NCBI RefSeq assembly: GCF_006345805.1
Contig: NC_043020.1
Location: 23,808,001 to 23,872,000 of the forward strand
DNA: 64,000 nt
From: Octopus sinensis
Taxonomy: Eukaryota
Reading direction: 5' to 3'
The notes beneath the pieces were generated by a model, which was not told the DNA's origin, searched no databases, and saw only the letters and a program-made list of their open reading frames with translations. Shown here piece by piece: positions 14,416-27,347 of this stretch (positions within the stretch are counted from its first letter, which is position 1; each line of letters opens with the position of its first letter). The position numbers were made by a program, and so were the translations under genes.

Positions 14416-14989
14416 TATATATATATATATTATGTGTGTGTGTGTGTGTGTGTGTGTGTGGTTTACATATATATATATGATTACAAATATGAGTATACAG
14501 ATATATATATATATGTGTATGTGTATGTATGTATTATATATATATTTACATATACACACACATATATATATGTATATGTATGCAAGTATTTTTATATTTG
14601 TGTGCATATTTGTATGACGGGGTATGGGTATATATGTTTATAACTTTGGAAATACGTGGATTGTAGCGGTTTTTGAAACACATAATGTATGCATGTGTGT
14701 GTGCACGCCTGTGTGTATATATATATACATACATCCAAATATATATATACATATACATATATATAAATATGCACATATACATACGTAAGTGTGCGTTTAT
14801 AAATCTTAATCTGTGTGTGTGTGTGTTTGTGTGTGTTTGTGTGAGCATGTGTTTGTTTGTATACATATGTGTGTGTGTATATATATATATATGTATATAA
14901 TAACAATTTAATAAATAAAACATATGCATACATACATACATATATGTACATACCTACATCTATATGTATATATACATGCATAGTAAGTT

Positions 14990-15020
<31 letters not shown>

Positions 15021-15134
15021 GCACACACATATATATATATATATACAAACCCCACATATATATATATTCATGCATATATTTATATATATATATGCGCATA
15101 TGTATATAATATATTTATATATATGTTCATATGT

Positions 15135-15167
<33 letters not shown>

Positions 15168-16168
15168 GATATATATATATATGTATATGTAGAAATACAC
15201 ATACACACATATATGCGTGTTTGTATGTTTGTGTGTGTGTGTTCGTGCCTGTGTATATAAGAGTGTATAATGATGTATAGCTTTAATAAATCAACAATGC
15301 ACCAGACCCTTTGATCCGAACCGCCTTTGGCCAGAGCCAAAATATCTACTCTAAAATCAATCGCGCTTATCCATCTCCTCTAGCTTCTCATGCAACGAAT
15401 ATCGATCTTATTTTAAATCAGAGATCAAACCAATTCAACATTTATTACGATAAATAATTATTTCGTTCTTAGACAACATTTTGTGTAATTACGGTCGCAA
15501 CAATTGCAACAAATGGCATCAGATGCATTAGCATCAGCACCATTGAAGACTGTGTGTGGTTGTTCAATCTGCTAGAAATAGTAGCCGTGTTATCTTCAAA
15601 ATCACACTCACCTATCTTTGAAAAGCAGAGGTAATTTAAGTTCACGTCTTTTCATATCGATATGATTGGTCATGGATGGAATAAGTTGATTTTCAACATA
15701 GATCTGCTTAAATAGAGTTAACCTGTTGCTAAAGAACAGCATAAACTAGTCCCAGGCAAAGTGCAGTCGCAGGATTTTCTGAATGGATCGCTTAACGAAA
15801 AAATGCCTTCAATTTTTTTCAGTAGCGTAACCCACTGGACGATGAACCATGTCTCGCCGGACCGCTTCTCGGAAACAAGTTTTCTTTTCATGCCTTGTGG
15901 ATTTATGTCACAAACTATTCTATCTCATGAACAGGGGATTTTAGCGCTCAATAAATTTGCTAGAAAAAATAGCCAAACCACCCCTTAATAGCTCATTTTA
16001 CTACATTAAAGAAAAGAGCTAGTGCAGAAATAAAAATGAGATATGATTTGTCTCAGACAGAAAATACTGGAAATAATTTAAGATATTAAAACAGCTACCC
16101 CAGATGGTGGCTAAATATCTCGTAAATCTGTCCGTATTTTAAGCAGGTATCTAAGGGTCACAAGTTGT

Positions 16169-16355
16169 GGGTCTTTTCAATCTCAATCACAGATTTTTTA
16201 ATTAATTTTTTTTTAACTAAACAGTTTGAGACGTCGGATACTGGTTGAATGTATCACGTGGAATATGGCTTACTCCTAACGTTTTTGACAAAATTTTGTA
16301 TTTTAGGAGTTATTTCGAGTTAAGTTGTATTTGGGTAATTTTAACCAAGCAAACC

Positions 16356-16425
<70 letters not shown>

Positions 16426-17043
16426 AGTGGTGGAGTGTTAACGATCTGAACGACAGCTTATATAAACTTACCAACCCGTACCACTGCATGTTAATTAATG
16501 AAACCCTCTCCTTTTCTTTGCTTCTATTCGGGGTTTTATCAGCTTTACACAGGAATGTGTGTGTGTGTGATGGACAGCAGAAACGCTGCATGAAGAACTG
16601 TCGTCAACTTCACAATCCCCCTCCATCCTTAAAGATATGTATTCCTCACACCCATTTCCTTTCCTCAGCGTTCTAAAAGTTGCATGTGTGTGTACGTATT
16701 GGTGTATGTGTGTGTATACGTATACATGTGTCTATGTATTTACGTACATATTTGTATGCAGTGTCCAAAATAGATAACCCGATGACCCGGATGTTGTTGC
16801 TCTTCCATTACTTTCGCAAACAGCAGTAACTTTCTTCAGCTGAATACACGTCATTGATTGGTTAAAATTATCCAAATATGACAACTTTAACACGAAATAA
16901 CTTATAAAATACAAAATTTTGTCAAAAACGTTAAGAGTAAACCGTGTTCTACGTGACACATTCAACCAGTTTCCGAAGTTTCAAACTGTTTAGTTAAAAA
17001 AAAAATTAATTAAAAAATCTGTGACTTAGATTGAAAAGAACCC
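16169..17043. mobile_element. Foldback/MITE-like element with about 180-bp inverted arms
   Basis: 16169-16348 is a diverged reverse complement of 16858-17043 around a 510-bp spacer; no transposase. Confidence 0.7.
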
Positions 17044-17269
17044 AAGTGGTTCCCACTTTAGTTTGTATACTGTGTCTTAGTATAAGAAGAGAATTAGCCC
17101 TTGCCAGCGGACGGATATGGCCGTTTGTCAATCATATCCACCATGAGCTGGTTTTATCACCTTCTATCTTCCACCCCACCCTTGTTTTATAATAACCATC
17201 ACTACCTCTCTTTCATCTTCTAGTACTTCTAATATGTAACGCTACTGACCAACGTGCCAACGAACGGAC

Positions 17270-17850
17270 GAAACAAACCAACCAGCCAGCGAATAAAGCA
17301 AGCAAGCAAGCAAGCAACCAACCCACCAACCCACCAACCAACCAACCAACCAACCAACCAACCAACCAACCAACCAACCAACCAACCAACCAACCAACCA
17401 ACCAATTAAACAACCCACCAACCCACCAACTAACTAACCAACCCACAAACCCACCAACCAACCAACCAACCAACCAACCAACCAACCCACCAACCAACTA
17501 ACCAACCAACCAACCAACCAACCAAACAACCAACCAACCAACCCACCAACCAACCAACCAACCAACCAACCAACAAAACCACCAACCCACCAACCCACCA
17601 ACCCACCTACCAACCAACCAACCAACCAACCACCAACCAACCAACCAGCCCACCAACCCAGCAACCAACCAACCCACCAACCCACCAACCCACCTACCAA
17701 CCAACCAGCCAACAAAGCAAGCAAGCAAGCAAGCAACCCACCAAGCAACCAAGCAACCAAACAACCAACCCACCAACCAAGCAACCAACCAACCAACCCA
17801 CCAACCAACCAACCCACCAACCAACCAACCAACCAACCAACCAAACAACC
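17270..17850. repeat. (CCAA)n imperfect microsatellite
   Basis: Direct reading of the sequence. Confidence 0.95.
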
Positions 17851-17999
17851 AATATTACCTTTTCAATCATGAAATGTTTATATTCTAATTATATTTTCCA
17901 TTCCACAGATTCGTCTGTGTATTTATTTAAATCTTCTCTTTATTGATTTAGAATCGTTCATTTATTTACATATTTAATTCCTTAAGATTTACCTCCCAC

Positions 18000-18610
18000 A
18001 TTTCCCCTCCAACATCATTAATCTCGCACAAAAGAAAAAGAAGAAGAAAAAGACCAGCAGCCATCCACTCGATCCGCCTCCCACCCCCCATCATCATCTC
18101 ATTAACTACAAATCTGTAATGCTCTTCACATTGACGAAGGACTGAGCCCCACCCGTCCATCTATCTACAAAATCCATTCACATGTGAGAGAAAAGAATCA
18201 CAGACCGCCGCCGCCGTTCCCTCTGCTTCCCATCAGGCACAATTTCGAATTCTACATTCGCAGACAATACAATCACGTGGTCTATTTAATCACATCGACT
18301 TCTTCTTTCTTTCTTCCCCTTTTTTTACAACGGGTTCCACATCCCTCTTCATTTAACACTGCAACCCGCCGCCTCCGCGGTCGCTGCCGCCAATACAACC
18401 ACACATCTACATTAGGGCTCTCAAAGACTGTGCCCTCTAACAACTCAATCAAGTAAACAGCGCAGAAACCTCTAACCCTACCCCTACCCTTACCCTTACC
18501 CCGCTGCCAATGTTTTCGTTGTCTCAGCTGCGTCTTGTTGAAAATTTGTCCCTTTTCTCTCATCGAAATTCATACTGAACCAAAATTGAACTCCCAGGAA
18601 AGAGGTAAGT
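18000..18610 (+). promoter_or_regulatory. Possible non-coding first exon ending at a splice donor (GAG|GTAAGT, intron from 18605)
   Basis: Unique, CpG-containing, relatively GC-rich stretch followed by a consensus donor; no downstream exon identified. Confidence 0.3.
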
Positions 18611-18707
18611 TTATTGAACAGCGACTGCAACCACAGAGTTATCTGCACCTGTTGATGCATTCACCCCCACCACACACACACACAAACACACATATATGTA
18701 TATACAC

Positions 18708-18740
<33 letters not shown>

Positions 18741-18832
18741 CATACATATATATATATACATACATATATATATATACATACATACATATAAATATATATA
18801 CATACATATATACATATATATATGTGTGTGTG

Positions 18833-18874
<42 letters not shown>

Positions 18875-19095
18875 AGTATGTATATATAGTTACATATTTA
18901 CATGTATATCTGCACACACACACACACATACATTATATATATGCACACATAATACATGCATAATTATATACATACAAATATAAATATGCATATATAGTAG
19001 GTTTATATATGTCTGTATAGTATATATATATATGTATGTATATGTATATATATATATGTGTATATATGTATATGTATATATATATATGACATATA

Positions 19096-19126
<31 letters not shown>

Positions 19127-19450
19127 ATATAGACATATGCATATAATATATTCGTATGAATGTAGACTTTGCAACATACAATAGTGCGAGACAAGTTAAG
19201 CACATCCACACAGAAAAGCCCATTTAGGTGCGGGTAAGTATTCAGAAAAGGAACCGGTGTGTGTATGTGTGTAGATATGTACGCCAGCATGGATGAATGT
19301 ATGCTCGTAAATCTGAGCATGTATGTACGTTGATACGTGTCACCGTATGTGTGTGGACACAGGACATATACGGCAAAACATACACCGACTCATATATGTA
19401 AAGGTGCATCTACAGTATACACATACACACACACACACACAAACACACAC

Positions 19451-19498
<48 letters not shown>

Positions 19499-19617
19499 GT
19501 ATATATATACATATATATGTATATATATGTATATATGTTGTATGTATGTATGTATGTATGTATGTAAGTACATATCTAACTATCTAATCTATCTATTTGT
19601 GTCTATCTATCTGTCTG

Positions 19618-19670
<53 letters not shown>

Positions 19671-20568
19671 AGATATACACACAGATAGATATACTGTATA
19701 TCTATGGGTGTATACACATACATACATATGCACACATGTGCGCAAACACGCATATACATTTGTGCGTACAAACACATATATTACTCGTTGTTTTGTAAAT
19801 ATACAAAACAAACACACGTGCCTATATACATATGTACAAACAAATTCGTATGAAACGACAACGATGAAGATAATGATGTTGAAAAAGATAATGATGATGA
19901 TGATGATAAAAATATTGATGACGATAATGAGGATTACGACGACGACCACGACGACGACCATGATGATGATGATGTTGATGATGTAGATACTGACGATGGT
20001 GTTGATAATGGTGATGATGATCATGATAATGCCGACAACGATGATTTCTTTAACGAACATCCATGCTTTACAAAACGACACAACAAAACATATTGTAACA
20101 TTACAATAGAATATGGCTGCCGAATATTGAAATAATGGAGGGGAAAAAAATCTATAGATCTTGAAATGCATGCGTACAAACATACATATAAACATACATA
20201 CATACATACATACATACATACATACATACTACATACATACATACATACATACTACATACATACATACATACATATATATATACATATATATCTGAGAGTG
20301 TATGTGTGTTTATGTATGCATGTATTTGTGTATGTATGTATAAATATATATATATATAAACAAATATATATATTGTATGTATATAAATACTATTATACAT
20401 ATGTGTGTAGATGGAATTTTATATGTTTGTATATATCCATCGTGTGTGTGTGTTTGTGCGTTTATGCATAATCATACTGCAATGTTTATATATACATATA
20501 GACATACTCGCAAGTTGATATACATATATAAGCATATAGACATATAGATAAAAATGTAAAAATATACT

Positions 20569-20613
<45 letters not shown>

Positions 20614-20734
20614 GCACACACAAACACATACATTCATATATATAAACACACACAAACTAACATATCTATGAATATTATATATATGTATGAGCATATATGC
20701 ATATACGTACATACATACATACATACATATAATA

Positions 20735-20769
<35 letters not shown>

Positions 20770-20980
20770 ACATATATGTATATGTATATACTTACATGTT
20801 TATGTATATAGATATTTATAAATTGCTAGTAAAAATAAATAAAGCGTAGGCAGTAGTGTATGATATGTATGCGTGCGTGTGTGTTAAGGTATGTACCTGT
20901 ATGTCTGCGCATATCTGTGTGAGCGTCTTTGAAAAGTATGAGTAAGTATATATGTATATATTTATTGCTAAGTATATACA

Positions 20981-21022
<42 letters not shown>

Positions 21023-21248
21023 AGTATATACATAGGATAATGAAAGGCACAAGAAAAAACGACGCCGATGTATTTTCGTTGAATATATCTATTAATTTAC
21101 AAGATGGCTGCCCTGCTGTAACGGACATTTTAATCAATATTCATAAGGAAGATAGTTTATCAAAGATATGTAGAGAGTCTATATTCATTCGAGCACGACA
21201 GTAAACATACATACATACATACATACACACACCTATATGTATGTATTT

Positions 21249-21291
<43 letters not shown>

Positions 21292-21420
21292 CATATGTAT
21301 ATATGTATATATATGCGTGTGTATACATATGTATGCGGCTTACAAGGTAAAATGATATATATAAACCGTTTGAAGTAAAACTGTAAGTGAAGGTCTTGTA
21401 CATATGTTTGTGTATGTATG

Positions 21421-21455
<35 letters not shown>

Positions 21456-21954
21456 TTATACACATACATATATATACATAGATGTAGATACATATAAAGA
21501 GGCAGACAGTCATATATACATATAAATATATGTATGAGTGAGTGTATATAAATATTTATATGTTCATATGTTTCTTTTGTAACTAAAGTTTATCTTTGTT
21601 GATGTTTAAATTAATATCCGTATGCATTAATTAGAAGTACTGAAGATTAAATATATACGAATACGTTTATATGCATACGTATGTATTATATAATATATAT
21701 ATATATATATATATAATATATATATGTGTGTGTGTGTGTGTTGTGGTGTGTGGTGTGTGTGTGTGTGTTGTGTGTGTGTGTGTGTGTATGTGTGTGTGTG
21801 TCTGTGTATAAGTATATATAGACATATGTATACAAGCGCATATATACATATGCATCGGTGCATGAGCAAGCACACGTGCAAAAAACACTTGTACATGCGC
21901 ACACCCACACAAACAAAGACAATCATATACGTACATATGTACATATATATATAC

Positions 21955-21985
<31 letters not shown>

Positions 21986-22048
21986 TATAATATATATAAT
22001 ATATATATATATATATTATATATGTATGAATGAATGTGCGCGTGTATA

Positions 22049-22082
<34 letters not shown>

Positions 22083-22431
22083 GCGTGTGTATGTGTGTTT
22101 GTTTTAATTAAAAATAAGTAAATAAACAACAGTGTATGCCTGTACTGAGATAGAGTTGAACTTCTAAGAAAATGTTCAAATAAAGATATTTATATATTCA
22201 CAGGATTTTTTACACGCACGCTTTCACAGGAGCTTCTCGACGTATCGAGACATATACTCTCCTGACGGTATACACATATGTATTGAGACACACACACATA
22301 CCTACTTCATCTTATTTCCGCTTGTATAGATGTTGAAATATGAGAAAGTAGATAGATTCAAACAGGCAATAACACTATTTTATCTTTGTGAGTATATATT
22401 AAGCTTTCATATATACACATATATAAATATA

Positions 22432-22624
22432 CAGGTTGGCCCAAAAGTAGGCATATTAAATTTCTTTTAAAACATTTTATTTAATTTAAATTTCTATCTT
22501 ACAATTAACTAAATTAGCATAGAATAATGGTTTCATATTTTTTTATAATTAAGATCTAAACTGTTAATATATGAATGCAAAAGAGATAGTTGAATAACTG
22601 TAAACCTACTTTTGGGCCACCCAG
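22432..22624. mobile_element. Tc1/mariner-type MITE
   Basis: 20-bp TIRs CAGGTTGGCCCAAAAGTAGG / CTGGGTGGCCCAAAAGTAGG (18/20 match), TA on both sides. Confidence 0.85.
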
Positions 22625-22691
22625 TATGTATATATATATACATACAAACATACATATATATACATATATCTCTCGATCCTTATATGTGTGT

Positions 22692-22728
<37 letters not shown>

Positions 22729-23294
22729 AGTTCAGCAAAATTTAGATTCAAATGAATATGGTACTTAAGTTAGATGCACCAGAATTTTGTATGGTGTTAT
22801 CCATATAAATCCATGGGGTGATTATAATCAAAATAAGCAACAAGAATAACTTCGGTAATGTGGTACGATCGTTTCACGCTACATCATTTTATTAAATATT
22901 GTAAGTATTACAACAGTTTTAAAATGTTGAGTAATCATCAGCCATTTATAGCGGTTTTCCATTAATACATAATTTTCATATCAATTGATAACATTATAGA
23001 GAAGGTAGATATATAGACAAAGATGTCGATTTAAATCTTAAGAACATTAAGGTAGTAGAGTTTATCTTCTGACTGAAGAATATTCATTAAGTTATTTTGA
23101 ATTGCTAAAGGTTGGGAAGTATAATCAGTGGAAGGAGACAAAAAAGATTTTCTATTTATAGAAATAGGGGTGAAATAAATTTTAGAAGATCTTCATAAAG
23201 AAATTAAGGTAGAGAGGGGGTTTGTAATGCGCTAGAAGCTGTTTACTACTATTTGGCAAAAAGATTTTGTATTATATATATATATATATATATA

Positions 23295-23500
23295 CATGTG
23301 ACCTCGTGAGCACCGCCAGCAATTTTGTTCCCTCTGTCTTCCCTTCTCGGGATCTTTCCTTCTCCTTTGTTTCCGACGAAGAGCTCCGCTCGAAACGTTA
23401 AACCCTCCTTCCCTTCTTTCCTGAGCGTCCAATAATACTTTATTTGTTCCACGTCCTCGCGTTGGTGTGTTTTTTTTTGTGTTTTCTTTTTGGATTAACT
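23295..23500 (+). mobile_element. Penelope-type terminal-repeat unit with CCGACGA HHR-like motif (23369-23403)
   Basis: GTTT-CCGACGA-A-GAGC TCC GCTC-GAAAC-GTT^AAAC; second copy at 53911-54132 on minus; (TA)n flanks. Confidence 0.65.
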
Positions 23501-23718
23501 ATATATATAAATATATATATATATATATTATATAAAAGGGCTTAGTAAAATAAATTACTTTGCCGCATACTGAACTCGTTAGAAATAGCAGCTAAAAAAA
23601 ACTTTTTATAAAACTATTTCTAACACTTAAAGAAAACCTCTCTCATATAGTGTTTGCTCAATTCAACTCAAGGAAGTATGGGGGTAGAGACATTAAAAAA
23701 TCAAATGCAAAGGTTATT

Positions 23719-23771
23719 TGAGTACGTACGTTTCAAGATTAGTCAAAATCGACCCTTCTCTCATCAGCTCA
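23719..23771 (-). ncRNA. Type I hammerhead ribozyme (566-bp unit, copy 1)
   Basis: Reverse complement: TGAG-CTGATGA-GAGA..GTC GATTTT GAC..TCTT-GAAA-CGTACG-TA^CTCA. Confidence 0.82.
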
Positions 23772-24284
23772 GAATGCCCTTGTTTGAATCTGAAAACACT
23801 GAAAATGGGAGCATACCCTTTCGGCTTGTTATCGCTTCAGAAGATCTGTTCCAAACTAACAGTGCCAACAAACTCAAAATATGCAAGCGAAGAAAGAAAT
23901 TTCTGCTCCCCCTTTCCACCAGCGTGGGTTAAAATCAGCAAACACTATGTTTTTTTCGGTAAAATCCGAGACATTAAGTAGAGAGAGATGAATTATAATT
24001 TCAAACAATGAGGGTAAAATTAATTAATTAATTAATCAATTTCACCAAGTATTCAGTATGCAAAGGGACCATTTAAGGCGAATTCAAATTATTACATTAT
24101 ATAAAGGGCTTAGTAAAATAAATTACTTTGCCGCATACTGAACTCGTTAGAAATAGCAGCTAAAAAACTTTTTATAAAACTATTTCTAACACTTAAAGAA
24201 AACCTCTCTCATATAGTGTTTGCTCAATTCAACTCAAGGAAGTATGGGGGTAGATACATTAAAAAATCAAATGCAAAGGTTATT

Positions 24285-24337
24285 TGAGTACGTACGTTTC
24301 AAGATTAGTCAAAATCGACCCTTCTCTCATCAGCTCA
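24285..24337 (-). ncRNA. Type I hammerhead ribozyme (566-bp unit, copy 2)
   Basis: Same motif; predicted cut site is 566 nt from copy 1. Confidence 0.82.
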
Positions 24338-24997
24338 GAATGCCCTTGTTTGAATGAAAACACTGAAAATGGGAGCATACCCTTTCGGCTTGTTATCGCT
24401 TCTGAAGATCTGTTCCAAACTAACAGTGCCAACAAACTCAAATGTGCAAGCGAAGAATTTCTGCTCTCCCTTTCCACCAGCGTGGGTTAAAATCAGCAAA
24501 CACTATGTTTTTTTCGGTAAAATCCGAGACATTAAGTAGAGAGAGATGAATTATAATTTCAACAATTGAGGGTAAAATTAATTAATTAATTAATCAATTT
24601 CACCAAGTATTCAGTATGCAAAGGGACCATTTAAGGCGAATTCAAATTATTACATTATATAAAAGGGCTTAGTAAAATAAAATAAAAGGGCTTAGTAAAA
24701 TAAATTACTTTGCCGCATACTGAACTCGTTAGAAATAGCAGCTAAAAAAACTTTTTATAAAACTATTTCTAACACTTAAAGAAAACCTCTCTCATATAGT
24801 GTTTGCTCAATTCAACTCAAGGAATTGAGTTGGTGGAAATTGAGTTCCACGCTGGTGGAAAGGGGAGAGCAGAAATTCTTCGCTTGCATATTTGAGTTTG
24901 TTGGCACTGTTAGTTTGGAACAGATCTTCAGAAGCGATAACAAGCCGAAAGGGTATGCTCCCATTTTCAGTGTTTTCAGATTCAAACAAGGGCATTC

Positions 24998-25050
24998 TGA
25001 GCTGATGAGAGAAGGGTCGATTTTGACTAATCTTGAAACGTACGTACTCA
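24998..25050 (+). ncRNA. Type I hammerhead ribozyme (566-bp unit, copy 3)
   Basis: CTGATGA 25002-25008, GAAA 25035-25038, helix III palindrome ACGTACGT, GUA^ after 25046, stem I TGAG/CTCA. Confidence 0.82.
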
Positions 25051-25563
25051 AATAACCTTTGCATTTGATTTTTTAATGTCTCTACCCCCATACTTCCTTG
25101 AGTTGAATTGAGCAAACACTATATGAGAGAGGTTTTCTTTAAGTGTTAGAAATAGTTTTATAAAAAGTTTTTTTTAGCTGCTATTTCTAACGAGTTCAGT
25201 ATGCGGCAAAGTAATTTATTTTACTAAGCCCTTTTATATAATGTAATAATTTGAATTCGCCTTAAATGGTCCCTTTGCATACTGAATACTTGGTGAAATT
25301 GATTAATTAATTAATTAATTTTACCCTCAATTGTTGTTGAAATTATAATTCATCTCTCTCTACTTAATGTCTCGGATTTTACCGAAAAAAACATAGTGTT
25401 TGCTGATTTTAACCCACGCTGGTGGAAAGGGAGAGCAGAAATTCTTCGCTTGCATATTTGAGTTTGTTGGCACTGTTAGTTTGGAACAGATCTTCAGAAG
25501 CGATAACAAGCCGAAAGGGTATGCTCCCATTTTCAGTGTTTTCAGATTCAAACAAGGGCATTC

Positions 25564-25616
25564 TGAGCTGATGAGAGAAGGGTCAATTTTGACTAATCTT
25601 GAAACGTACGTACTCA
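25564..25616 (+). ncRNA. Type I hammerhead ribozyme (566-bp unit, copy 4)
   Basis: Same motif with GUA^ after 25612; a G-to-A change in stem II turns a G.U pair into A-U. Confidence 0.82.
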
Positions 25617-25897
25617 AATAACCTTTGCATTTGATTTTTTAATGTCTCTACCCCCATACTTCCTTGAGTTGAATTGAGCAAACACTATATGAGAGAGTTT
25701 TCTTTAAGTGTTAGAAATAGTTTTATAAAAAGTTTTTTAGCTGCTATTTCTAACGAGTTCAGTATGCGGCAAAGTAATTTATTTTACTAAGCCCTTTTAT
25801 ATAATGTAATAATTTGAATTCGCCTAAATGGTCCCTTTGCATACTGAATACTTGGTGAAATGATTAATTAATTAATTAATTTTACCCTCAATTGTTG

Positions 25898-25930
<33 letters not shown>

Positions 25931-26132
25931 AATATATGTATACATATATATAATATATATGTAAATATATATACACGTATATATATACATATATATATAT
26001 ATATAGAGAGAGAGAAAATAGAAAAGAGTGAAAAAACTACGGAAGGCTTGTTTTATAAGGTTAAAAAATATATTTAAGTCGTTATGTTAGAAGAATGCTA
26101 TAAAATTTTTCATACAGTAACATAGTTTTGGA

Positions 26133-26169
26133 AGAAATTACCGGTTTCGTGTTAACTTTTCAAATTTCT
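26133..26169 (-). ncRNA. Minimal hammerhead, U3-A8 core (inverted arm)
   Basis: Reverse complement: AGAAAT-TTGAAAA-GT TAAC AC-GAAA-CCGG-TA^ATTTCT. Confidence 0.72.
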
Positions 26170-26360
26170 CAAATGTCTTTACCTACATCGTGTTATGTCT
26201 TCGTTATGCAGTGCAAAGTGGAGTTCCAGGTAGGGGGAGGTAATAAGCGATTTCTTCCGGTATAAGGGAAGTAATCGCTTTATATTTCTTTTCCCTTATT
26301 TAATGGGGTGAGTTCCTCTGTATAAGGGTATCATTCTGTAATTACGGATGCAAAAGTAAA

Positions 26361-26750
26361 AAATGTGGTAGACCAAATTGCGCAACATGCCCAAACCTTC
26401 TAGAAGGATCAGAATTCCTTTTCAAAGAGGGACAAAAATTCAAGATCAGATCTAATTTTACTTGTGCTTCTGAAAACATAATTTATGTCATAAGGCACTC
26501 GGGCTGCTACCAAAACTACGTGGGGTCTACGGGATTATCACTCAGACATAGATGCATTCTGCATCCACAACAGATTGCATTCCCAGAATACAGAATGATA
26601 CCCTTTAGTGAGCATATTGAGAAATACGCAAAGCAACTATTACCACAATTTTTAATCTTTCCATTCTATTAATGTGCAATTGGAACACCAACACAAATTA
26701 GATTAAACAAAAAAACATTCTTCATTGAAAAATATAAGCCTAAACTTAAC
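26361..26750 (+). pseudogene. Penelope GIY-YIG endonuclease fragment
   Basis: KCGRPNCATC..NIIYVI..NYVGST..FPFY*..FFIEKYKPKLN in one frame with one stop at 26670. Confidence 0.88.
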
Positions 26751-26919
26751 CATTCTAATATTCTTATACAGAGGAACTCACCCCATTAAATAAGGGAAAA
26801 GAAATATAAAGCGATTATCTCCCTTATACCGGAAGAAATCGCTTATTACCTCCCCCTACCTGGAACTCTTCTTTGCGCTGCATAACGAAGACATAACACG
26901 ATATAGGTAAAGACATTTG

Positions 26920-26956
26920 AGAAATTTGAAAAGTTAACACGAAACCGGTCATTTCT
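26920..26956 (+). ncRNA. Minimal hammerhead, U3-A8 core
   Basis: AGAAAT-TTGAAAA-GT TAAC AC-GAAA-CCGG-TC^ATTTCT; stem I is 6 bp; helix III is the palindrome ACCGGT. Confidence 0.75.
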
Positions 26957-27123
26957 GCAAAATTTATGTTACTGTATGAAAAATTTTATAACATTCTTCT
27001 AACATAACGACTTAAATATATTTTTTAACCTTATAAAACAAGCCTTCTGTAGTTTTTTCACTCTTTTCTATTTTCTATATATCCAACCACGTGGTTTCAC
27101 ACACCAACTTTCTCACCTATATA

Positions 27124-27198
<75 letters not shown>

Positions 27199-27347
27199 AT
27201 TTAAAAATAGGATAAAATCTTTATAAGAAATTATCAAGTAGTAGCGTGAAAAACCTCGTAAGAGAAAAATCTGTGAAATTTTTCAACTTTGAAAATACTT
27301 AATTATATTATATAGAGGGTACTGTTATACATAGGTACCGCACGCTA

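Larger units (their letters stand above)
23533..25899. repeat. 566-bp HHR-bearing tandem repeat arranged as a divergent inverted array
   Basis: About 2.3 units read on minus (23533-24824) and about 1.9 units on plus (24847-25899); near-identical copies; (TA)n flanks; no recognisable protein. Confidence 0.93.
26013..27076 (+). mobile_element. 5'-truncated Penelope-like element with an inverted copy of its 3' end
   Basis: 314-bp arms 26013-26326 and 26763-27076 are reverse complements enclosing a GIY-YIG fragment. Confidence 0.88.

Noticed and set aside
23654-25621. Repeated 60-100 aa ORFs in the 566-bp unit
   Set aside because: They overlap on both strands, differ by frameshifts between copies and show no recognisable motif; the unit is better explained as non-coding RNA.
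23533-25899. CRISPR-like or prokaryotic repeat array
   Set aside because: There are no short repeats with unique spacers and no cas genes, and the context is eukaryotic.
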